DNA from: a virus
Lineage: Duplodnaviria > Caudoviricetes
Length of the DNA stretch: 45,317 nt
Direction: 5' to 3' (one strand)
IMG/VR virus record: IMGVR_UViG_3300023283_000353
Location: 1 to 45,317 of that record
Shown: in pieces, positions 1-9,500 of the stretch
Layout: the number at the start of each line of letters is the position of its first letter
Numbering within the stretch: the stretch's first letter is position 1
Made by a program: the position numbers and the translations under genes
Notes under the pieces: generated by a model
What the model saw: only the letters and a program-made list of their open reading frames with translations
The model's database searches: none
What the model was told of the DNA's origin: nothing

Positions 1-50
1 GGCGATCCGTACTGGTCCTGTAGACCTTTGAAAATGGCGTCGTTCTCCGA
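1..50. repeat. Terminal 50-bp direct repeat, copy 1 (circular assembly overlap)
   Basis: GGCGATCCGT...GTTCTCCGA at 1-50 is identical to 45268-45317. Confidence 0.97.
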
Positions 51-155
51 CCTTCCCATACTTTCCGGTGTCAGGTTCGCCACCATGTTGAGGGTGATAC
101 GCACCGCTTCTTTTGCCACCCGCTCCCACTCGGCCCCTCGGTCGTCGCTACCCAT
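1..155 (-). CDS. 5' part of a ~256-aa hypothetical protein that spans the circular junction and continues into 44652-45317
   Basis: ATG at 155 (MGSDDRGAEWERVAKE...) overlaps the end of the upstream gene and reads without a stop across the repeat into the VVEKLRRDG frame. Confidence 0.7.
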   Translation of the reverse strand, partial: MGSDDRGAEWERVAKEAVRITLNMVANLTPESMGRSENDAIFKGLQDQYGS

Positions 156-426
156 CGTCTTCTCCCTGGAGGGCAATCGCGGCGTCGGCCAAACTACCTG
201 CGACAAGAGCCATCTTTGCATAGACCTCCGACTCACCAGCTCTTTCTATCTCCGCCGGGTCCATGTGGCTGATCGTGCTAGCTATCCCTGTCAATGCCTG
301 ACCGACGTAGTATTCGCGGAGGGACATGCCACCGTAATGTACCTTGATAGTACGAGACCCGATGGCATCTCTTTCTTTCCGGATTCGCACCTCCGGGAAC
401 GCTGGTCCTCCGTCTTCCCGGCTCAT
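148..426 (-). CDS. Small phage protein of the GGPAFP...GMSLRxY type
   Basis: MSREDGGPAFP...GGMSLREYYVGQAL motif typical of phage early/middle proteins; ATGA overlap with the upstream gene. Confidence 0.75.
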   Translation of the reverse strand: MSREDGGPAFPEVRIRKERDAIGSRTIKVHYGGMSLREYYVGQALTGIASTISHMDPAEIERAGESEVYAKMALVAGSLADAAIALQGEDDG

Positions 427-959
427 GGCCCCTCCTCCTCCGGATCCTCGCCGCCCAGGATCCGGAAATCACGCCAGTCGAGGCCGAGAGTGTCGAGTTC
501 CTGGCGACGGAAGCCGACAAGCCCGGCCCCGTGGATCTCCCAGAGCCGACGGAACTCGTCTGCGAAATCGTGGGCCCGCGCAGGGACCAGACCGGCCACG
601 GCGTTTACACTCCGGCCACCGAGGCTCGGAGGGTAGCCGGCCGACTCAAGGAGTTCCTTGGCGTGTTGTGCCCGCGTCCTGCGCCACGGGCCGTGCTGGG
701 CATGGCGGATCTCCCCGACCACGCGCTGAGCAGCGGCACGAGGGGTCATACCCCTTTCCCCGATGAGTTCCATGAGGCGGCCCCGTGGATCCTGGCGGGC
801 CTGTTCGAAGCGATCTGGTTCAGACTCGGGCTCGGGCTCGGGCTTATCCGCCTCCTCGACGGCCTCCAGCCGCCGCACCCGCTCCGTCAGCTCGTCCAGG
901 TCGGCCGCGAGTCCCGCTACCTGGGTTTCGAGATCCATCTGCGTGTCGAAGTCATCCAT
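423..959 (-). CDS. Hypothetical protein with N-terminal coiled coil
   Basis: GAAGGAG SD before ATG at 959 (MDDFDTQ); coupled to both neighbours. Confidence 0.7.
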   Translation of the reverse strand: MDDFDTQMDLETQVAGLAADLDELTERVRRLEAVEEADKPEPEPESEPDRFEQARQDPRGRLMELIGERGMTPRAAAQRVVGEIRHAQHGPWRRTRAQHAKELLESAGYPPSLGGRSVNAVAGLVPARAHDFADEFRRLWEIHGAGLVGFRRQELDTLGLDWRDFRILGGEDPEEEGP

Positions 960-2274
960 CGTCGTCTCCTTCGTGTTGAGGTGCATCGTCTGGCGCGGGA
1001 CCCCATCCGTCGATTACCTCCAGCTCGCCGGGGCCCTCGAGCCCGAGTCGGGCGACGATCAACTGGAAGCCGTGTTCGTCGGCCGTCTCCGCGAGAAGCT
1101 CTAGCCCCTCGATGTCGATGTCGTTGCCCTCGTCGACGAGGATGACTCGGAGGGTGGGGTCGTGCGCGATCGCGGCGAGGACGCCAAGCTCGATTCGTTC
1201 GCGGCCGGACGCCTGCTCGAGGGGCAAGCCGTTCAAACGCACTTCGCCGGCTTCGAAGCCGAGTCCGTCGATCGGGAATTCAGCTGATGCGATCAGGTCC
1301 TCACGTTCCTTCTGAATCGCCTGGATCTCGTCAGTCAATTCCTCGACCTTCGCGGTCACCTGCTGGAGCCGGTCCTGCGCCCGGTCATACTCCCTCCACG
1401 GTTCCAAGGCCTCCTGCACCTCTTCGGCGCGGTCGATCTGCGTCCGGACGTGCTCGATCTGGCTCGACAGGTCCGGGCGATCCGCCAGTTGCTCCTTGAT
1501 CTGCTCGAGCATGGCGGTCTGTTGATCCTGCTTCTCCCGCTCATTCTTGAGGCGGGCGCGCAGTTCGGCGATCTCCGCCTCGATGTCCTCGATGAGCAAC
1601 TTTCGTCCGGCGATCTGTTGCTGTGTCTTCGCCCGTGATTCCTCGAGTTGTCGCCACTTGTGCTCCCTCTGCTGGAGAGACTCAAGCTCCTTCATCTCGC
1701 TCTGGACGCTGATCGGCTCGGGGCGGTTTCCCTCGGGCTTCGGCACGCCTCGCAGGTGACGTTGCTCCGAGATGTAGGGGCTGCGCTCCGCGTAGACTTC
1801 ATCTCCCCTCTCGTCGAGGGCCTGGAGCCGCTCATCGAGGTCTTCGATCGAGGACAACTCGAGGAGAGCGCGAGCCTGTTCTTCCGCCGAGAGAGCGAAG
1901 AAGACAAGCGGGTCGAAGTGTCCGTTGCCGATCCAGGGGTCGATGGTCGATTGGTTCCCCTTCATCCCGTCGGGAGTCTTGACGTAGAGGTATGACCCCT
2001 TCTCAGTGAAGGTGCGCTTGATGGTGCACCCATTGCTGAGCCATCCCCGAACGAGGGCGTCAGTTTCGGGCTCGGCGTCCTGGTGACGTGGCTCGGGAGG
2101 AACCGCACCGGCGCCTTCGAAAAGCGTGCGGATGGCGTGGAGAACGGAGGTTTTGCCGGCCTTGTTCTTGCCGCCGCTGGTGAGTCGTTGCAGACCCGGC
2201 TGGAGGTCCCACACGCCGGCGACGACCCGCTTGAAGTTTCGGATCTCAAGCTTCGTGATCCAGACGTCAGACAT
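952..2274 (-). CDS. SbcC/Rad50-like ABC ATPase with long coiled coil
   Basis: ITKLEIRNFK start, Walker A GKNKAGKTS, central coiled coil, signature ASGRE, Walker B VILVDE; GGAGG SD before ATG 2274. Confidence 0.85.
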   Translation of the reverse strand: MSDVWITKLEIRNFKRVVAGVWDLQPGLQRLTSGGKNKAGKTSVLHAIRTLFEGAGAVPPEPRHQDAEPETDALVRGWLSNGCTIKRTFTEKGSYLYVKTPDGMKGNQSTIDPWIGNGHFDPLVFFALSAEEQARALLELSSIEDLDERLQALDERGDEVYAERSPYISEQRHLRGVPKPEGNRPEPISVQSEMKELESLQQREHKWRQLEESRAKTQQQIAGRKLLIEDIEAEIAELRARLKNEREKQDQQTAMLEQIKEQLADRPDLSSQIEHVRTQIDRAEEVQEALEPWREYDRAQDRLQQVTAKVEELTDEIQAIQKEREDLIASAEFPIDGLGFEAGEVRLNGLPLEQASGRERIELGVLAAIAHDPTLRVILVDEGNDIDIEGLELLAETADEHGFQLIVARLGLEGPGELEVIDGWGPAPDDAPQHEGDDDG

Positions 2275-2306
2275 GTTTCCTCCGGTCTGTAAGGAAAAAG
2301 GTGCTG

Positions 2307-2618
2307 CTAGAGGTGATACTGGCGGTCTTCGAGCCACGATTTCGCAGCGGCCGGCTCCCCGGGAGGCATCTCGTTCAACAGGAGCCTCGAGAGGTGGGCC
2401 GTGCGGGGAAGTTCGAGCTCCTGGGCGGCGTCGAACGCCTTTTGGAGGGCGTAGATGTATTGCTCGCGATCGGTCGCCGACCGGAGTTCGTTCACGATCT
2501 CTGGTCTGGCTGCAACGCCGAAAATCGTGACGATCGACTCGTAATCGTGCTCGTGTTCTTCCCAGAAGTCTGCCCAGGCATGGGCATGATCGAGAGAGCT
2601 GCTCGGTGGGTCGGTCAT
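2307..2618 (-). CDS. Hypothetical protein
   Basis: Strong SD GGAGGAGGAG directly downstream of a sigma70-type promoter. Confidence 0.7.
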   Translation of the reverse strand: MTDPPSSSLDHAHAWADFWEEHEHDYESIVTIFGVAARPEIVNELRSATDREQYIYALQKAFDAAQELELPRTAHLSRLLLNEMPPGEPAAAKSWLEDRQYHL

Positions 2619-2644
2619 CTCCTCCTCCGTCTCAGGGTGTCAAG

Positions 2645-2673
2645 ATGGTAACACCTGGAGCGAATCACGTCAA
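2645..2673 (-). promoter_or_regulatory. sigma70-type promoter TTGACG-N17-TACCAT
   Basis: Minus strand reads aaaaacTTGACGtgattcgctccaggtgtTACCAT with an extended -10 TG; intergenic, upstream of the recombination/replication operon. Confidence 0.7.
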
Positions 2674-2693
2674 GTTTTTCGGTGCCCCTTCGG

Positions 2694-3251
2694 TTATCGG
2701 CTCGATCCCACCCATACGGCAGGCCGACGATCGTTCAGGCGGGAGGAGTTGTCCAGATGGAAGTGGCGATCATAGATGCCGAGGCCGAGGTGGGGCCAGA
2801 CCCCACGACGTCGGAACTCGAGTGTGAGCCACAAAAAGGCCTGTTCGTTGTCTTCGTTCGGGCGGCCGAGTCTCAGGTCGACAGCGGACACATCTCTTTC
2901 GTCGGGTTCGACCGGCAGATGTGACGAATCCTGGGGCCAGTGCGTGCTGGTCGCGATCTCACGGCGATAGAGCGCCCGGTGCTCTTCATGCGTGCGAGCA
3001 TCGTCCAGGACCACCAGAGGCACCTCGAGCACGTGTCGGAACAGGTCGAGTTGGAGGAGGAACACGTCGTTCATCAGGTCCGGATGATCGAACTCGGCGA
3101 CGTGGAAGTGGCGGAGGTGGAGCTGTTGTGTCGGCCAGGAGTGCGAGCCTGCGCCTCGCCAACCGTCCTCGCTGCGGACGCCCACGAACTCGTCGAACGG
3201 CCAGTTGTTCAACCGTCCCGCGACCTCCGCCCACGGCGCGACTCTATTCAT
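2694..3251 (-). CDS. Endolysin candidate, Zn peptidase M15-like
   Basis: HFHVAEFD...DARTxEEH...SSHL...AVDL...GLGIYDRHFHLD matches the M15 His/Asp/His ligand pattern; at the end of the late operon near membrane proteins. Confidence 0.7.
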   Translation of the reverse strand: MNRVAPWAEVAGRLNNWPFDEFVGVRSEDGWRGAGSHSWPTQQLHLRHFHVAEFDHPDLMNDVFLLQLDLFRHVLEVPLVVLDDARTHEEHRALYRREIATSTHWPQDSSHLPVEPDERDVSAVDLRLGRPNEDNEQAFLWLTLEFRRRGVWPHLGLGIYDRHFHLDNSSRLNDRRPAVWVGSSR

Positions 3252-3456
3252 CTCCGCACCGTAGCTCGATCGCCTCGCGGATCAGCTTGAGTGCGCCGCG
3301 CACGGCGAGTTTGGTGGGGACGTTCCACCAAGGGATAGATCCAGCGATGCGGTCGAGGAAGAGTAGGGCGTCCATGCCCCAGGTGCAGATGCCGCGGCGG
3401 CCGAGGGCGGTGGCCTGCGAGTCAGCGGTCCGGACCAGCTCCTTCGTCAGTGCCAT
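3244..3456 (-). CDS. Small hypothetical protein in the lysis module
   Basis: 70-aa ORF with GGAGG SD, overlapping both neighbours. Confidence 0.55.
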   Translation of the reverse strand: MALTKELVRTADSQATALGRRGICTWGMDALLFLDRIAGSIPWWNVPTKLAVRGALKLIREAIELRCGDE

Positions 3457-3718
3457 GATGGCCTCCGAATAGATGGGTCAGCGCCCCCGGGATCCTGTTC
3501 AGCGCCCGGGTCGTGATCGACTCGTCGATCAGATGCGCCCCAATCACGGTCACCACGATCCACGAACCGCGCATCCAGTCGGGGGACTCAGGAGAGGCAA
3601 GGTACCCCACCACGCCGACGATCGCCAGAATGATCCCCCCGGAGCTCCGCAGCGCACGGTGGCGTCGATATTGGTGACCTTCCGGTCCGTCTTCCTCTCT
3701 ACAGAGCCTCATGCTCAC
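3422..3718 (-). CDS. Holin-like two-TM membrane protein
   Basis: Hydrophobic segments GGIILAIVGVVGYLA and WIVVTVIGAHLI; upstream of the endolysin. Confidence 0.55.
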   Translation of the reverse strand: MSMRLCREEDGPEGHQYRRHRALRSSGGIILAIVGVVGYLASPESPDWMRGSWIVVTVIGAHLIDESITTRALNRIPGALTHLFGGHHGTDEGAGPDR

Positions 3719-4074
3719 ATATCAAGCTTGGTTTCGATCGAACGCACTCGCGCCACGAGATCCTCGAACTTCTGATCACCGCGACCGAGGCGTTCGTTCA
3801 CCGCATCGAAGCGTCCCATCTGGCGGTGTAGCGCCTCGAAACGGTCGTCCATCTGCCCGAACCGAGCGATGTGTTCTTGAAGCACGTTCGCGTGGTCGTG
3901 CTTCGCTGCCCGCAGCCGAGGGATCTCCTCGCGCCACTTTTCCTTGAGATGCTCGAGGGTTTCGGAGACGCGGCCCGCCCAGATCGCGATAGCGACGGTC
4001 TGTCCCAGTCCGACGAGCACCAGAGAAGCGAACCCGATTATCACGTGGATGGCCTGCACCGTTCCCTCCATCAT
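3715..4074 (-). CDS. Membrane-anchored coiled-coil protein (lysis module)
   Basis: [26 protein letters not shown] followed by heptad repeats; ATGA overlap with the 827-aa gene. Confidence 0.6.
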   Translation of the reverse strand: MMEGTVQAIHVIIGFASLVLVGLGQTVAIAIWAGRVSETLEHLKEKWREEIPRLRAAKHDHANVLQEHIARFGQMDDRFEALHRQMGRFDAVNERLGRGDQKFEDLVARVRSIETKLDM

Positions 4075-6554
4075 CTTGTCGCCTGCACGGCGTTCCTGAT
4101 AGCCGTGTTGAAGTTGCGAAGCCACCTACGCTCGAGTTCCAACAACCGTTCGCGGCGTTCGGGAGTGAGTTGTGTCAGGAAGTCACGCTCCAGCCGTCCG
4201 GGTACGGCCCCGAGCGGCGAGCCGGAGGCCGCCGAGCCTCGGAGACCGTCGAGGATGCGTCCGAACTCCTCCCGGTCTTTCGCTTGTCCAAGCAACTCAG
4301 TCATGTACTCTTCGGCTTGGTCGAGATCGCCGTTCGTCACCGCCTGCCGTGCATACTGAAACCTGAGAGTGCGTTCGGTGCGCGGGAAATTCGGCCGCCC
4401 GCTGAACGCCCGGATCACCTCCTGACCGACCCGGCCCGGAAGTCCGCCCGCTTCCTGGTCGCGCACGAACCGGAAACCCTCCTGTCGAAACCGGAAGTAG
4501 TCCGTCCGGTCAACCCTCTCCTCCTCGAACACGGACGCGATCTGGTTGAACGTCTGATTCACCTGCCGAGGGAGCACGACGTCGCGCGTACCAAATTCGC
4601 GCAGGGCCAACCCGATCTGGTCGGGGTCTAGGTTCATGACACCGTGGGCTCCGTCCTGTGCAAGCCTCAAGAGGTTCCGCGTCGTTCCCGCCATCGGGCC
4701 GCCGATCCAGTCGGTCACCCCGAACGTCAGATCGGCCATCATACCGATGCCGCCCTGCTGGAGGAACGCCCCAAACGCACGCACTGCGACCTCCTCGGTG
4801 GTGAGTTGATCGGCAGAGCGCCGAGTCACGAGGGACGTGATCGAACGATCGCTTCCGGTGACGGCATCGCGGGTGAAGTTGGTGAGCTCTCCGAAGATTG
4901 TAGCGGCGGCCGCGAACTTCACCATCGGGGCAAAGTTGCCATAGACGGCTTCCTTGAACACTCGCTCCCAGACAAACCCTGTCTGTCTCACCCCGAAGTT
5001 TTTGAATTTCCACATCAACCTCAGGGCCGGCATCTGCTGCCACCAGACCGGTTGTGTCATGAGGTTGAGGGCAAACTGTGTGTCTTCGACCGCGGTTTGC
5101 ATGACCCCGGCGAACTGTGCCTCGGAAAGCTGACCGCCCCGCATAACGAGATCCGCAGCCTCGTCCGGCGTCATGTCCAGCCCCGACTTTTTGATGCGGC
5201 GGCGCACGGCGCCCTCTGGGTCCACCGAGAGCGACCGGATGCTCTCGAACATGCGCTTGAACTTGCCGTTGTCGGCCCGGAGCTCCACCAACTTTTCGAT
5301 GTCTGCCTCGAGTGCGAACCTCGCCACGAGCGCCGACTTGATCTCGTTGCCTCTGGCGACGGCCAGGAACGGCGTGATCGCTTTGCGAGCGATCGAGGAG
5401 AGGGGTGCTGCGTCGGTGAGTTCGATCAGCGGGTTGTCGACGCGGATGGCTCCGGAGCGTTCGATCTCACGGATGAGGTTTTGCGATTCTGTCATCCACC
5501 GCCGGAAGACTGGCGGCACTTCGCGGAGGGCCCGCACCTGGGCGCTCAACGGCATAAACGCTGTGTTCGTGAACCGCTGCCCGAAGTTCAGGAGCGGTGA
5601 GAAGAGGCCAGACAGCTTCGAGACGGTCTGGTAATTGCCCAATGCCCCGAGGATCTGTTGTGAGAATTCGGGCACGATGCCCTGCACGCCGAACCCGAGC
5701 TGCATCGACTGTTTGACGAGGTTCGCGATGCCTGTGCTGAACTCTCGCTCGATGCGTCCGATGATCCGGTCCATGTCTTCATGATTCAGACCGAATTCAC
5801 GGACGCCCTCGAGCGTCAGTGCGTTCTTCTCGAGTTGGCCCGGGAGCACCTCGAGCGGATCCCAGACCACGAGATCCTCCGGCAACTCGATCCGGTCGCT
5901 CTCGAAATAGCGATTCGTGCCGCGGAGATCGTCGTTTCGGAACCGCCCGAGCTCCTCGAGCGCCTCTTCGACCGTGTCGAAGCGTCCTTCCTCGACCATA
6001 CGATCGGCGACGGCGCGCACCCGGGCAGATTGATTGCCTTGGGTGCGAATCTCGTCGATCACCTTGCGGCCCGCTCGGTTGGGACGCTGGGGGAAGGGCT
6101 TCCCGGATCCGCGGATGTCGAGGCGGGCGGCGCCGACTCGCCGCTGGAAATCAAGAAGCTGTGCCGCCTTGAGATCGCGGTCCAAGATCGTACGGATCTT
6201 CTCGGCCGCCTCCCGGGCTTTCGCGGAGACCTCATCCGCGGTGCGCCGGCCATTCACGAAGAGCATGGCGTCGATGCGTTCTTGACGGCTGAACCCTTTC
6301 ACGGCGTCCCTGACCTGCTGGGCCTGGGTCGCGCTGCGCCGCTGTGCGCGACGGACGGTCGAGGTCACCCGGGAGGCGAGCTCCTCGCCGGCAGGTCCAA
6401 GCGAACGCAGGAAGTCGTCGCTGCGTCGGAAGAAGAACTTCGACGCTGTGACGAACGGATTCTCTGGATCACCGGCGACGGAACGCTCGAGATCCTGGAA
6501 CGCCTCCCTGAGCCTTTCGGCCGCCCGGATACACTTGCTCTTTACGGGGGACAT
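4071..6554 (-). CDS. Large helical putative ejection/internal virion protein
   Basis: 827 aa with hydrophobic Gly/Ala segments; last gene of the structural block after the tail genes. Confidence 0.6.
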   Translation of the reverse strand: MSPVKSKCIRAAERLREAFQDLERSVAGDPENPFVTASKFFFRRSDDFLRSLGPAGEELASRVTSTVRRAQRRSATQAQQVRDAVKGFSRQERIDAMLFVNGRRTADEVSAKAREAAEKIRTILDRDLKAAQLLDFQRRVGAARLDIRGSGKPFPQRPNRAGRKVIDEIRTQGNQSARVRAVADRMVEEGRFDTVEEALEELGRFRNDDLRGTNRYFESDRIELPEDLVVWDPLEVLPGQLEKNALTLEGVREFGLNHEDMDRIIGRIEREFSTGIANLVKQSMQLGFGVQGIVPEFSQQILGALGNYQTVSKLSGLFSPLLNFGQRFTNTAFMPLSAQVRALREVPPVFRRWMTESQNLIREIERSGAIRVDNPLIELTDAAPLSSIARKAITPFLAVARGNEIKSALVARFALEADIEKLVELRADNGKFKRMFESIRSLSVDPEGAVRRRIKKSGLDMTPDEAADLVMRGGQLSEAQFAGVMQTAVEDTQFALNLMTQPVWWQQMPALRLMWKFKNFGVRQTGFVWERVFKEAVYGNFAPMVKFAAAATIFGELTNFTRDAVTGSDRSITSLVTRRSADQLTTEEVAVRAFGAFLQQGGIGMMADLTFGVTDWIGGPMAGTTRNLLRLAQDGAHGVMNLDPDQIGLALREFGTRDVVLPRQVNQTFNQIASVFEEERVDRTDYFRFRQEGFRFVRDQEAGGLPGRVGQEVIRAFSGRPNFPRTERTLRFQYARQAVTNGDLDQAEEYMTELLGQAKDREEFGRILDGLRGSAASGSPLGAVPGRLERDFLTQLTPERRERLLELERRWLRNFNTAIRNAVQATR

Positions 6555-9500
6555 ATATCTGCGTCGCTGTCGTTCATGCGGCGTCCGGACCCAAACACAT
6601 CGTCGAACGCCTGCTCACCAGACTTGGGCTCGAACCCAAACAGATCGTTTTGGTCAACCGCCCGTCGGGCGATGTCGAGTTCTTTCTGGAATCGGCGAAA
6701 TGCCTGTGTCACCTCCCGCTTCGGCGTCTGATCTATGAACTCCGCCAGATCGAGCGCCCGTTGCGAGAACTCGGGTTCACCGAGTCCGAGTCCGGTCTGC
6801 TGACGGAACGCCTGAACCGGGTTGTCAGCGCCCTTGATCGCGTCGCGGGCCGCGATCGCCTCGCCGATCTGCATCGCCTCGCGCAGGACGGGGGTTAGGT
6901 CGTAATCGGGCACCGATCGCGACTGGATCACCGTTGGGACTCCGTGTTCGATCCTCGTCTTCCATAAACTCGGGGTGTTCCGCACCACGTTCACGTCGCC
7001 GATCGCGGAGTTCGTGAGCATCTCCGAGATCACGTCTTTCCCTAGCGGCGTGACGTTCCCGCCTTCGTCGAGGATCTGTGTGAGTTCGCCGCGGGTCAAT
7101 ACGCCCTCGTCCACGAGCGTCTGAACGAAATCTCTCCCGGGGCGCGTGTCGAGAAAGTTCCGGACGGTCTGTTCCGGTTCGAAATTTTCGGTGAGCTCCT
7201 GGATCGCTCTCTCGGATCTCGAGAAAATCGCGGCACGACTGTTCGCGTCCTCGGAGAGGCTCTTGCTTTTCCCGATCTGCCGATCGAACTCAATGTTCAG
7301 CTCCTCGATCTGCTCGAGGCTGCCGAAGTCGACCCGCCCGTCGGTGATCTCGCGTACGACGACCGGATTCGTCATCCCCTCAAGGCGGGCCGGCTCGACA
7401 CCGAAACGCCCCGCCTGTGAGGCGAGCTCGGAGCGGTATGCCTGGAACCGTTCTGGGTTCTCAACGGCTGCGCGCTGCAACGCCATGATGCGCTGATTTC
7501 CGTTCACCGCTCGACCTTCCGGGCCGATCGTCGGGGGGCCTGTCTGGGCACGGTTGCCAGTATCGAGGAGCTGTCTCGGCTGGAGCTTCGATGCCGTCTC
7601 GATCACCGCGTCCTGATTCGCCGGGTTCCGCAGGTAGTCCCGCTTCTGGACCGTAAGTTCGGGCCAGTACTCGGGCAGCGGTTGGAAGCTGACCGGATCG
7701 TGCGACGGGATCAGCTCCTCGAGCTCGACCACCCGGTATCGAGCCTGAACCTCCGTGCCGTCGCCTTTCAGGATCACCGTGTCGGATCCGATCGGACCGG
7801 ACGGACGCACCTCTGTGACGACCTGACGTTCGCCGGCGTCGCTGCGGGCGAGGACGTCGGCTTGCTCCTCGAGGGGGCGGGTCGTGGCACGATCCGGTGC
7901 GATCGCCGAGGAGGACTCCTCGACGTTGTGGCGCAGCGTCTCTCTGACCTCGGCGCGGACGCGCTGCAACTCGGGCGTGGAACCGATCTGCTGCTCGAGG
8001 CGCGAAAGCTCGCTCAGGAACTCGTTCTGGGCGCGGGGCACACCTTTTCGGATGACCTCGGGGTTGTCGGCCAGCGCCCGAAGGTGGCCCTGCACCGTCG
8101 AAGCGTCGCCCGAAGAGATCGCCCGTTCCAGCCCCGCCAGAGCCTGATCGAGTGAGCGGAACGCTCCGGCCGGCGAGTCGATCGCTGGGCGCGGCGGCTC
8201 GAACACTCCGAGGTTGAGCGCCGATCGCACCTCTTCGGCCGCTTCCTCGCCGACCTCCTGGGCGATGCGGTTGAGACGGCTGCGGACGCCCTCGATTTCG
8301 CGCTGCAACGACTGTTCGACGTTCTGGAGTCCGGCACGCCCTAGCGGGGCGCCCCCGGGGCTTTCCCCGGTCTCGAGAGAGCGTTGCAGTGTCCGGACGA
8401 GATCGGCTCGTTGCGCGATCTCCGACGTCAAGTCCTCCGCAACGAGCTCGGAGGCACTGCGGACCGGGTCCTGACTCTCGGTGCGGGGAGGGCTCGGTTC
8501 GGCCGCTTCCGGCTCCCCCCGGGCCGGAGCGGCCTCAGAAGGGCCCGGTGGCTCCTCGTCAGCTCGTAGCCGCTCCTCCCGGGCGCGGCGTCCTTCGATC
8601 CCACCGGAGATTCCGCGCTCTTGCTTGCGACGCTTCACGGCACGGTCGAGGAGCCGATCGACCTCAGACAACGACTCCTCTTCGCCGACGGCTCGTCCCG
8701 CCAGCGAGAAGCTGACCAGATCGTCGAACCCTTCGGCTCGGAGCTGCTGATTCACCCCGAGGTTGTCGATCGCCCTCTGAACGGCGTCTTCGATCCTGTC
8801 GCGAATCCCTTCGATGTTCGATCCTTCGGCCACCCGGATCGTCGCCGCGAACTCGTCTCCACCCTGCCGCGCAATCGAGACAGCGTCCGTGTCTCGGAAC
8901 TCGCGCTGGAGGGCCTCTCCGACTGCCCGAAGCACGTCGTCGCCGACGTCGGCCCCCAGCACATCATTCACAGCCTTGAAGTTGTCGAGATCGCCCTGGA
9001 ACCGGACTTGCTGCTCTCCTGGCGACCGACGCTCGAACGCCTCCTGAGACCGGCGTTGATCGCCTCTGCGGTTTGCAAGACCGGTGAGTTCGTCGGTCTC
9101 GGAGGCCCGCTGTGCGGCGGCCAACTCTCTCTCAAGCGCCGCGATCCGAGCCCGGGGGTCCTGCGCACCGCGAATCGGGCCGACAGGGCCCTCCGGCTGG
9201 ATGTCCTGACTCTGGGGGCGTGTCCGCCGGCCCTCTGTCTGGGCTCGGGGCTGGCCCTCGGTCACCTGTGCGAGACGACGCTGGATGAGTTCTCCGACGA
9301 CGCGAGATTCCTCGGGCCCTAAGCTGCGTTGCCGCAGGTTCGAGGCTCGAGTGATAACCCCCGCCGGGTCTTCCTCGCGGAGGATGCCCTGCACCTCCCT
9401 ACGAAGAGCCGGCCGCAATTCGTCGAGCTCAGCCGCCTCCGTGAGCGGCGGCGGCCCAGCCTCTTCCGCTTCCGCGCCCCCGCGTCGTGCGAGCCTCTCG

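Noticed and set aside
1-50. Biological direct terminal repeat
   Set aside because: It is exactly 50 bp and falls mid-gene, which fits an assembly overlap better than packaged ends
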